From: Octopus vulgaris
Taxonomy: Eukaryota
Reading direction: 5' to 3'
Length of the DNA: 64,000 nt
Assembly: GCA_951406725.2 (NCBI GenBank)
Contig: OX597829.1
Location: 29,450,001-29,514,000, forward strand
Shown here: piece after piece, positions 15,296-25,622 of the stretch
Layout: every line of letters begins with the position of its first letter
Numbering within the stretch: position 1 is the stretch's first letter
Position numbers and translations under genes: made by a program
Notes under the pieces: model-generated
Seen by the model: the letters and a program-made list of their open reading frames with translations, nothing else
Databases searched by the model: none
Told to the model about the DNA's origin: nothing

Positions 15296-15630
15296 TCATC
15301 ATCATCATCATCATTTAACACCCATTGTCCATGCTGGCATGGGTTAGACGGTTTGACCAGCGCTGGCAAACTTAGGAGTTGCATTGGACTCCAGTCTGAT
15401 TTGGCATAGTTTTCATGGCTGGATGCCCTTCCTAATGCCAACCACTTTATAGAGTGTGCTGGGTACTCCTACATGGCACTGCATGGGCACTTTTATGTGG
15501 CAACGCACAGGTACTTTTACGTGGGACTGCATGGGTGCTTTTACGTGGTGCTGCATGGGCACTTTTATGTGGTGCCACACTGATGTTTTTCCGTGGTCCC
15601 ACATGGGCACTTTTACATAGCACTGCCATA
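15296..15630 (-). mobile_element. RTE-LINE 3' tail with ~27-bp tandem units
   Basis: (CAT)n start and GCTGGATGCCCTTCCTAATGCCAACCAC. Confidence 0.8.
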
Positions 15631-15639
15631 AATGCCTTA

Positions 15640-17275
15640 CACTACTTGAAGGATTGTTCTGAACACTTCTGCTATTACCAGCAAGGTACCAGGTCTCTCA
15701 CTCCTTCGTCATCTTATATAAGAAATTCCAACCACGTTCCGTGGTTCCTCAACAGCTCCTTTGTAGGATCCAGTGGCTAAAAACATCATCAGGAGGAACC
15801 ACGTCTGGGTTCGGCCCCCTACTCCTCTACTGTTTTTGACATGGTTGGGCCCCATCCTTTTGGAGGTATCTTCAGCTCTAGTGTAGAGTGTGTTTTTTTT
15901 CTTTCTCCTTTTCTCTTTTGTTCTTTGGTTTCTTCAATGCAGCATCAATGAATGTCAGCGGGTGAATGACCATCCTGCCATACTCGCTGGTAGGCTCCAG
16001 TAGCCAGCACGAGCTAACTGTCAAAAGCACTATCTAAGCTTCAACTGACCAATGGAGGGGGAAGAACTTGTAGTTTTGGCCCACACTCTCTCTAAACCTA
16101 TCTTCCAACAATGTCGTTTCAGTTCCAGCAGCAATAGCTGACCAGCTGTTTGGTGGTTACAAGCCTTCAAACCAGGAGGAGGGCATGCAATGAATGAGAT
16201 TGCTATTTTGGTGCAGTTGTATTCAGTGGTTTTGGAAGACCAAGCCAATTTCTGATAAACACACTGCATCTTTGTCCCATCCTTTCTACTTGAGGCTATT
16301 TCGTACATTTGCAATGGCCACATTATCCTTGGGTACAGTCCAAATTGCAGTATCCAACATTTGAATTTCCCCGGTAATGTTGTTCTGTCAATTGCCTTTA
16401 ATCTCTGTTCCACTAAATCATATGTTTCTTTGCTTTGCTTCTTACCATTTAGTAAATCCCTGTACCATCTGCCAAGACTCTTTACTGGTCATTCTTTCAC
16501 CATTGGTATATCCTGAATTTCACTTCTTTTTGAACTCCTTTCATGAAAGTTATGCTTCAAGGTTTTTTGGCTTTGAATTTCATTCTTGCCCATTTTGTTA
16601 GTTTGTCCAACCGCTCTAACGTTCCATCTGCTGCTTCTCTATTTTCTGATAATACAGTAATATCGTCCATAAAGCCCTTAATGGTGTCTTTGTAACAGAT
16701 TTCTCACAGTTTGTTGATCTTAGTAACATCTCCCAGACTAGCACAAGATGACTGATATCGTGCATCCAGCTGCAATACTCCATTGTGAACTTTCCTGCTC
16801 ATCCTCAATTTATCGTAGTAACTCATCAGCATGCATTGAACATTTTCTGGAATCCAAAAGAAATCCATAGCTGCTTGAATTAGTGTATGTGGAACAGATC
16901 CATATGCATTAGCAAGATCTAACCATACAATGTACAGGTTTTTCTTCAGTTGTTTTGTACAGTTGATAGTTTCCCAGATGGCAAATGCATGTTCTATGCA
17001 TCCGGGGATTCCAAGGATCATTGCCTTTTGGATTGCTTCATTAACATATCCCTTATGCTGTTTGAATCTTATGATTCACCTAGCAATAATTCCAGACACG
17101 ATCTTCCCATTGATATTTAGTAGTGAAATGGGTCTAAATTGCTCTAGTGTTTTTGCCTCCTTCTCCTTAGGTAAGTAGATACCTTCAGCTACACACCATC
17201 ACTCTGCTACATCTTTCTTCTTTCACATTCCTCTTATCACTGTTAATAGTTGTAAACGCAATTTCGGGCAATACT
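15640..17275 (-). mobile_element. Degenerate non-LTR retrotransposon RT fragment, HERO-like (RLE group)
   Basis: Frameshifted minus-strand motifs AEGIYLPKEKE..FRPISLLNINGKI, PGCIEH, WLDLANAYGSVPH, FMDD, LPGKFKCWILQFGLYPRIMWPL. Clade assignment is from recalled motif similarity. Confidence 0.8.
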
Positions 17276-17370
17276 TTATGATTACTTCTAGTAACATTGG
17301 TTTAGTTTATGCAAATAAAGCATTTATTAATTGTAAAAATACAAATAACTTGACTACTTTTGCACTGCAG

Positions 17371-17555
17371 GTAAAGGAAATGAAGATAAGAGAGGGCAAA
17401 CTATCAGCAATGGAATAGCTGAAAAGAATTGGCTGTATTTAAATGGTAAACCAGTTATTTGCAATCGACATATGGAAGTAGCTGCAATGGTATCCGCCAT
17501 CAACCCATCCATCAACTCAACAATGGACAGTTCAGAAATGGCTTCTATACAACAG
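17371..17555 (+). CDS. MEN1: Menin coding exon (absent from ORF track)
   Basis: tgcag acceptor, CAG/gtaaac donor. Continues in frame as GKGNEDKRGQTISNGIAEKNWLYLNGKPVICNRHMEVAAMVSAINPSINSTMDSSEMASIQQ, matching menin KGNEDRRG..WLYL..MEVA..AINPSI. Confidence 0.96.
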
Positions 17556-18135
17556 GTAAACTTCTCTGTTGTCTTGCTTGTAGAAAATATAAAAAATGAA
17601 ATTTTCAGGAGGAATATATTTAGTTAAAAATATTTCATAAACTGATTGAAATGTACTGAAAATATTAAATTTACGAAACCTAATTTTGACATAAACCATG
17701 CTTGTTCTTGCAAAATTGAGGCATACATTTTATTTAGGATTCTTCTTTCTCCACACACAAATTCATTCATACATAGTGAAAAAACTTGCTTCCTAACCAT
17801 GTAGTTTCAAGTTCAGTCTCACTGCGTGACATCTTGGGCAAGTGCCTTCTACTATAGTTATCCACAGGTCAGCCAAGGCCTTGTGAGTAGATTCATTAGA
17901 TGGAAACTGAGAGGGCATCTGGCTGTGGAAAATTCACCTCAACAATTTTTGCCTGATCTATGCAAGCAGGAAAGAATTGATTTTATATATATATATAACT
18001 ATAAATAAGGGTATCTGAGAGACACCACCATGCCGAAATAGCAGTCAAAACCCTGACTCCAAAAACCACCTAAAATGTTCATATCGCACCATGAGATAAG
18101 ATAGAGGGACAAAATAAACTAGCAAAAAGATTTTA

Positions 18136-18208
18136 CTGGATAATTCAAGATCCTGGATTTCTAGCTTTGCTTCAAATAAGCTCTGCTTTCGTCAGTTGAA
18201 TATACCAG
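18136..18208 (-). ncRNA. Hammerhead ribozyme motif (inverted arm)
   Basis: Minus strand: ATTCAA-CTGACGA-A-AGC..GCT-A-GAA-ATCCAGGAT-C^TTGAAT. Perfect 6-bp helix I, extended by CTGG/CCAG. Confidence 0.72.
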
Positions 18209-18529
18209 ATGGGCACATAAATACAAATATATATATACAGAACATATGTTATACTTACATATACGAACGTCCATACATACATAAATATGCATGTATGTAC
18301 ACGGCCAGTCCAAATTGCCCTAAATATCGATATTATCCTTATTTATAAATTTATATAATTCGTCTCTATATTCGCTGCGGTGTTTATTTTGACCATATCG
18401 CACCTATGGGGTGGTTGGCAGGCAATTTGGACTGGCCGTGTACATACGTGAATATATATGTATGTATGGACGTTCGTATATGTAAGTATAACGTATGTTC
18501 TGTATATATATTTGTATTTATGTGCCCAT

Positions 18530-18602
18530 CTGGTATATTAAACTGATGAAGGCAGAGCTTATTTGAAGCAAAGCTAGAAATCCAGGATCTTGAATTATCC
18601 AG
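18530..18602 (+). ncRNA. Hammerhead ribozyme motif (sense to menin)
   Basis: ATTAAA-CTGATGA(18543-18549)..GAAA(18577-18580)-TCCAGGATC^TTGAAT, with one mismatch in helix I. Confidence 0.68.
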
Positions 18603-18847
18603 TAAAATCTTTTTGCTAGTTTATTTTGTCCCTCTATCTTATCTCATGGTGCAATATGAACATTTTAGGTGGTTTTTGGAGTCAGGGTTTTGACTGCTAT
18701 TTCAGCATGGTGGTGTCTCTCAGATATCCTTATTTATAGTTGTAAAAAAATTATTACCTTTGTATGGTATTTATTCCCATGCTGGCCACTTGATAATATC
18801 GATATTTAAATATCGATATTATCCTTATTTATAAATATATATATATA

Positions 18848-19089
18848 TATACAAAATTTAGAGGACTGACCGCTAAAAGTGGACAGCCTCTATGCTAGAC
18901 ATAGATGTCAAATCGCCATTTACCACGAAGAATGTGTTCTCAAGAAAAATCTCAGCAAAAATCCAAAGTGTAAAAATAAGCAAGACACATGAAAATATAC
19001 GAAATAAAAAACGATTACCTACGTACCAATTGATTTCACTTGTTAATATTTACGTATCAACCCATGCTAGCATGGAAAGCGGACGTTAA

Positions 19090-19120
<31 letters not shown>

Positions 19121-19546
19121 CGCAAACATCTGCAAGATCAACAGCATAGTCTGTCGTTTACAAAACACAATTTCCAGAACTAGATACAGAATGTTTAACC
19201 GAAATCCATCATGTATAAAGTTCTACAAATTATATTTAGGTGTATCTTTCAAATGCCTTTACTTTGGCGCGCTGAGATCAGAAACTACTCTGCAGTCAAT
19301 TTACCGGTTAGAGAACATTTTTTAATTTAAAATTGAATAAGGGTAGAAATTGATATTAATCAATTAAAACCAGTGGCTTAGCATATTTTAAAAAATCCGA
19401 AGATTAAAAAAATTGTTTTACATACTTTTAGTGGTCAGTCCTCTAAATTTTGTATGTTGAACCAATTTTTAATCTTTGGATTTTTTAAAATATGCTAAGC
19501 CACTGGTTTTAATTGATTAATATCAATTTCTACCCTTATTTAATTA
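18848..19546. mobile_element. TA-flanked element with two interleaved inverted repeats
   Basis: ~18849-18880 / 19424-19455 and ~19335-19414 / 19463-19545, interrupted by a short RTE tail at ~19058-19117. Confidence 0.55.
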
Positions 19547-19554
19547 TATATATA

Positions 19555-20117
19555 CTAGCAGTATCGCCCGGCGTTGCTCAGGTTTGTAAGGGAAATAACT
19601 ATATAAGCATTTTTAGAGAGTTATAGCCAAAAAATAGCAAAAAAAATGCATTAAAAGTGGAAAAAAAATTATGGTAAATTTTTTTTTAAATCGTTGACTC
19701 ATCGTAGACATTTTCTGTTTTGGTGTCTTCAAGCCATGAAGTCGTTGTTCTAAAAGAACGCTGGTCTCCTTGACAACGCTTTATGACGTTGATTTCTTTA
19801 CACTCCCTTCTCCACAGCTTCACAAGGGAGGGAAGAAGGGGAGAAGCAAACAGGTGCAGGTGTGACCATGGACGCCAACTCCGCCGCCATCGACACACGA
19901 AAAATTATGCATTAAAATGGAATAAAAAATGATGTTAAATTATTTTTAAAATCGTAGACTCATCGTAGACGTGCGCTAATACTCAGACGGGCTCGATATG
20001 AATCACGACTATAAGATACCCGAATTTGGTTAAACTGCACCGCAAAATGTGGGAGTAGTTAGGAATCTAAATCGAAGGGGACAGACACTCACACAACTAC
20101 AGTTTTATATATATAGA
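19555..20117 (-). mobile_element. Non-autonomous Helitron-like element
   Basis: CTAG plus hairpin at the left end and TC at the right end on the minus strand; homologous to 2895-3290 with an extra internal segment. Confidence 0.78.
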
Positions 20118-20590
20118 TATAAGGGCATCAGGGTGTAGAAAACTTGCCACATGAATAATGATGTGCACACACACACACACATGCACAGAGGGTGTGATGG
20201 GTAAATTGTCATTTTATATTTTTAATTTCACACATGCACATTGTTTGTTTTTAAAATAATGTAAAACTAAAATATTTTGTTAGTTTATATTTTTATTTCT
20301 TTATTTTAGATTCATACTGGCTTAACATTAACTGAAGGAGATTTATCTCCCTTAGAGTCGACTGCTATATTCTAATTCATTAAGTATATGAGGTTAGTAA
20401 GGTGGAGCATCAGACTTCGGAATTTATGAAAAAAAATGGGAGGGGAAAAAACCCTGGCATCTTACACATACTGCTATGGAGGTATAAATATCAATGTATA
20501 TATCTAGGCATAGACTCATGTCCTCACACATACATGTATGTATATGCAAGTGTGTGTGCAGATTTATATGTATACGAGTGTGTATGTATG

Positions 20591-20630
<40 letters not shown>

Positions 20631-20807
20631 GAGTGTGTATTTGTATTATTTATACTTGAATAGGTGTGTGTGCATAGTAATATGATAACAAGGGTTAAGG
20701 GGTACTTAATGAACCAATTTACAACCTGAATGTAAATCTAGCTTGTTATGTATGCACATGGATGTGCATGTGTGTGTGTGTATATATGTATATATGGCAC
20801 TGTGTGG

Positions 20808-21200
20808 AGGCATAGACATGGATGTGTGGTAAAAAGCTTGCTTCCCAACCACATGGTCCCAGGTTCAGTCCCACTGCATGGCACCTTGAGCAAGTGTCTT
20901 CTACTATAGCCTTGGACTGACCAAAGCCTTGTGGGTGGATTTGCTAGGTGGAAACTGAAAGAAACCTGTTGTATATATATTTGTGTGTGTCTTTGTATCT
21001 GTGTTTGTCTCCCCATCACTACTTGGTGTTGGTGTGTTTATGTCCTTTTAAACTAGCAGTCCGGTGCAAGAGACTGGTTGAATAAGTGCTAGGCTTAAAA
21101 ATATAAGTCCTGGGGTAAGCTTGTTCAACTAAAACCCTTCAAGGTAGTCTTCCAGCATGGCCACAGTCAAATGACTGAAACAAGTTATAGAATAAAAGAA
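20808..21200 (+). mobile_element. tRNA-derived SINE family A
   Basis: A/B-box-like head (TGTGTGGTAA..GGTTCAGTCCC) and CCAGCATGGCCACAGTCAAATGACTGAAAC tail. Related copies at about 22762-23060, 32850-33280, 33322-33575, 53176-53322(-) and 54665-55086(-). Confidence 0.8.
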
Positions 21201-23575
21201 TACGTATATGTGTGTATTTGTGTGTGGAGGGTTAGGGTCAGGGTCAAGGTTACACTCACTCACACACACACACACACACATTTTTTTACAAATAGTTATT
21301 GGTGATTTGTTACCGAATGTGTTTTTATGGAGAATCTATCAAGGAGTTACAGAAAAAGATTAGAACTCAGTTGGGACACTTTGTCAAGAAAACTAATGAA
21401 ATCTTTAATTTTATAAATTCATAGATATGTCATATTTAAATTACTCTATTGATAGCATTTATCCTGGCCATATAGGGCCGAAATGTTCTACATACTTTAT
21501 GTCCAAACAGGGCAGATTGGGTCTCTTACACCTGCCCTAGAGTGTCGTTCTGCAAAATAGATAATCACATCATCAAAAACTCAAAACTACAAAATAGAGT
21601 ATAATTAAGGTAAAACTGTGTGAATAAGTAGACATTACATTTGATACAATAATCTGAATGCTAAGGGGCTAAGCAAGATACAGTTTCACATTGTCCTTAG
21701 ATCAATGTTTTGTCATATCCATTGGATATGATAACACATGATGTTTGTGTTGGTGTCTTTGTTTTCTGAACAACCTGCATGATGAACAGTATTATGGTAA
21801 GCATGGTTTGTGCAGAGCCAGTTCCACACTGCTGTCCTTCAAACTTGTGTTGGTTTGGTGCAACAAGTGCCACTATCCCCAATAGTTATGATGCCGGATT
21901 TGTAGGGAGTTACCTTCTTTTAGATAAGCCACTAAAGAGCTGCTGGGCCTCATTGGCCCTGGGTCTGTGGTGGTGGTGGGGGGAACCTTCTTCATGAAGC
22001 AATTCTGTGATATGCTAATTAATAAATAATATTCCTTACAACAAATATTTCAGTACAAAAAAACAAAATTCAATCATTAACCCTTTAGTGTTCAAATGGC
22101 ACCTGTGAAATTGTAGTTGTGGTTGTTGCTGGTGTCATGTACTGGTACTGGTAACATGTAAAAAGCATCTATTACACTCTTGGAGTGGTTGGGAAGCAAG
22201 CTTCTTACCACACAGTCACACCTGCACCTACACAAGTATTGCTGTGTGGTTAAGATAACCAGTTGAATTGATTCAAGTATGTAACTGGTTATTTTTTTAA
22301 CTCCAGAATGCTTCCAGAGCAATTTTGAGGGAGAGGATAAGTTGATTATTATTATTATTATTACTACTAAGGGCATCCAGCTGTAGAGACTATGCCGAAT
22401 CAGACTGGAGCCTGGTGCAGCCACCTGGCTTACCGGTTTCAGTCAAACTGTCTAACCCATGCCAGCATGGAAAGTGAGCATTAAATGATGATGATAATGA
22501 TATTAAGACCTAAGTTGTTATTTTCATGTGTTTCCAGAACCTTCAACAGTGGACTGTTTCAATTTTAAATCATTAAATTATCGTCATCATGATTTTTAAT
22601 GTCCATTTTTCATGCTGGTATGGTTTGGACAATATAAATTTTACCCATGGGTAAAGAGTCTTCCACCTCTGCTCTGGAGGCATTTTAGAGTTTAAAAAAT
22701 AACCAGTTACATACTTGAATCAATTTAACTGGCTATCTTAACCACACAGCAATACTTGCGTAGGTGCAGGTGAGGCTGTGTCGTAAGAAGTTTGCTTCCC
22801 AACAATATGCTTTCATGTTTGATTCTGCTGTGTGGCGCCTGGAGCAAATGTCTTACTAGAGCTCCAGATTGACTAACACCTTGTGTGTGGATTTGGTAGA
22901 TGGAAGCTGAAAGAAACCCTTTGTATATATATATGTGTGTGTGTGTGTGTTTTGCATTTGTATCTGTTCCCTACTGCTTGACAACACACAGTGGTCAGTT
23001 TATGTCCCCCATAACTTAGTAGTTCGACAAAAGGGATTGACAGTATAAATACCTGACTTACAAATAAACATAGGTATGATTTTTACGTTTATATAGCCTG
23101 AATAGGAAACTGGAATGGAACACTAGCACACACCACAACATATGACAGAAGAGGATCCCCATAAACTGGTTACAATATGAACAAAACTGAAAACATAATA
23201 AAATAAAATACACAGATAAATAAACAAATGGAAGTAAAATAACTATATACATTTTTTTAAAAATTAAAAAAAAATTTTTTTATTATTATTACTATTATTA
23301 TTGTTATACATATATACATAATAATAATAATAATAATAATAATAATTAGTGAGTGTAAACACATGTACAAAATAAGAATAAGCAAAAACAAATTACACAA
23401 ACGTATATAAACTGGAGATACAAATATTACAAACATCCCCCCTCACACACACACACACTGACTAAACATAGACGCACATAGAGATATAAGCATGCGCAAA
23501 TGAAGACATACAATAGAAATACAAAATGGCTGACGGTTAGTAAGGAGAGACACAAATAAGAAAGAAGAAAGCAAA

Positions 23576-23620
23576 GGACCACTGATGCGGTCACAGGAGT
23601 GTGACGAAAGAACTCTGGCC
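23576..23620 (+). ncRNA. Minimal hammerhead-like motif (A9 mutated)
   Basis: GGACCA-CTGATGC-G-GTCACA(GGAG)TGTGAC-GAA-AGAACT-C^TGGCC. Confidence 0.55.
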
Positions 23621-24229
23621 GAAATAAGATTAAGATTAATGTAAAAAATAAGTAACGCCGAAGCAAAGTAACACCAAATATATAGTGTGTGTGTTTTTAT
23701 TGGCTAAACTAGCAAAATGACCATTCCGAAATACAACAATATAGGTATGATTTATTCGACTAAAACTCTGCAAGATAGTGCCCCAGCATGGCCACCAGCC
23801 AGTGACTGAAACAAGTAAAAGATGAAAGATATTTTCTTCCCCCACCCAAAATATCTGGCCTTCTGCTTTATACTGGAAATCATTATTGTTGAGAATAATG
23901 AAAACTGCAGTGGATGTTAAGACAGAATATTTGATATAAGCGATAGTAAATCAGGCTTACTTAAATGAATGATGCCTCTCTATTCTATGTTTGAAATCCT
24001 TTGTAATCTGTAATACAAGTACTTATTATTTATATATAATACAAGTATACAATATAAAGTGTATGTGTATCTAATATTTAATTTGTATCTTGTTTAAGGC
24101 ATCTTCATTTAGTTATCACATCTAATTAGTTCTGTTTCTATGTTAAAGTATCATCCCTTGTAAAGTCTTGAATTGTTGTGAAAGCATTTTCAACACACTA
24201 ATTTGTTCTATTTTTTCTGTTTTTTGAAG

Positions 24230-24270
24230 GCACTACTTTGGCTGTTGCATGACATGGGTTACTTATCAAA
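24230..24270 (+). CDS. MEN1: Menin 41-nt mini-exon
   Basis: Pyrimidine tract plus gaag acceptor and gtaagt donor. Encodes ALLWLLHDMGYLS(K), compared with human KLLWLLYDLGHLER. Phases (0 in, 2 out) fit both neighbouring exons. Confidence 0.93.
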
Positions 24271-24535
24271 GTAAGTTGATTTTGTTGTTGTTGGTGTCAT
24301 TGTTGTTATTGCTAAGGGTGGTGGATTGGCAGAATGGTTATCAAAGAAAATGCCTTATGGTATTTGTTCTGGCTTTTTACAAGGTCAGTTTTACCTTTCA
24401 TTCTTTCAGGGTCAATAAAATAAAGTATCAGTCTAGCACAGGAATCAAGTACTGGTATTGATTAGCTCCTTCTCCTCCGAATTCCTGGATTTTGTACCTA
24501 TTTTAGAAACAATTATAATTATTATTATTATTAAG

Positions 24536-25020
24536 AAGGCGTCAAGCTGGCAGAATTGTTTGCAAAACAGGCAAAATGCTTAACAACATTTCATCTATCT
24601 TTAGTTCAAATTCTGCCGGGGTTAACTTGTCTTTCATCCTTTTGGAGTCAATGAAATAAGTACTAGTTGAACACGGGTTGATTACATCAACTGGCTCCTT
24701 TCCCCGAAAATTTCAGAAAAGATTGCAGCAAGCTGGCAGAATTGTTAGCACGCCAGATGAAATGCTTAGTGGTATTTCGCCCATTGTTATGTTCTGAGTT
24801 CAAATTCCACCGAGGTCGACTTTACCTTTCATCCTTTTGGGGTTGATAAAATAAGTACCAGTTGAACACTGGGGTTGAATCCTCTCCTTTAAAATTGCTG
24901 TCCTTGTGGAAAAATTTGAAATCATTATTATTATTATTAAAAAATAAAGTAACAATCAAATAATGACATTGCGATTTATCTGCTTTCTCCAAAATTTCTG
25001 GTCTTGTGCTTGCATTAGAA

Positions 25021-25052
<32 letters not shown>

Positions 25053-25278
25053 TACTACTACTAAGGCGGCGAGTTGGCAGAATCGTTAGCATGCTGGATG
25101 AAATGCTTAGTAGTATTTTACCAATCACGACGTTCTGAGTTCAAATTCCGCTGAGGTCAACTTTGCCTTTCATCTTTTCAGGTTTGATAAATTAAGCACC
25201 AGTTATGCACTGAGGTTGATGTAATTGACTTGCCCCCTCCCCCACAATATCAGGCCTTGTGCCTATAGTAGAAAGGAC
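24536..25278 (+). mobile_element. Cluster of tRNA-derived SINE family B copies in (ATT)n tracts
   Basis: AAGGCGGCGAGTTGGCAGAATCGTTAGC head, GAGTTCAAATTCC B-box, and CTTTCATCCTTTTGGGGTTGATAAAATAAGTACC body resembling the Meta-type SINE domain. Other copies near 13220-13440(-), 37050-37270, 38480-39030, 55340-55480 and 61432-61635. Confidence 0.8.
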
Positions 25279-25434
25279 TACTTTTGGTAGTGCTATTTGC
25301 TAAAAAGACTTTAGTCATTTCCAGAAAAGGAGGGAGGCATGGAAAAGTTACATCACAAAAGATAGTGTCTCTTTACCTGAAGAGTTTTCTAGGAAAAGGT
25401 ATGGAGGAAAATGACAACTTTGTTTTTCAAAATT

Positions 25435-25622
25435 ATCATCATCATCATTTAACGTCCGCTTTCCATGCTAGCATGGGTTGGATGGTTCAACTGGGGTCTG
25501 GGGAGCCCGAAGGCTGCACCAGGCCAGTCAGATCTGGCAGTGTTTCTACAGCTGGATGCCCTTCCTAACGCCAACCACTCCGAGAGTGTAGTGGGTGATT
25601 TTTATGTGCCACCGACACAGGT
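25435..25622 (-). mobile_element. RTE-LINE 3' tail
   Basis: Near-identical to the reverse complement of 49808-49990. Confidence 0.85.

Larger units (their letters stand above)
17995..18836 (+). mobile_element. Penelope-like pLTR structure: 486-bp terminally redundant unit plus inverted 5' copy, in (TA)n
   Basis: Inverted arms of about 325 bp (17995-18319 / 18421-18744), a 30-bp direct repeat (18321-18350 / 18807-18836), and a hammerhead motif in each arm. Confidence 0.7.

Noticed and set aside
17363-17376. AG|GTAAAG at the exon start as a recursive splice site
   Set aside because: Weak donor (mismatches at +5 and +6) and explained by the conserved Gly-Lys-Gly codons.
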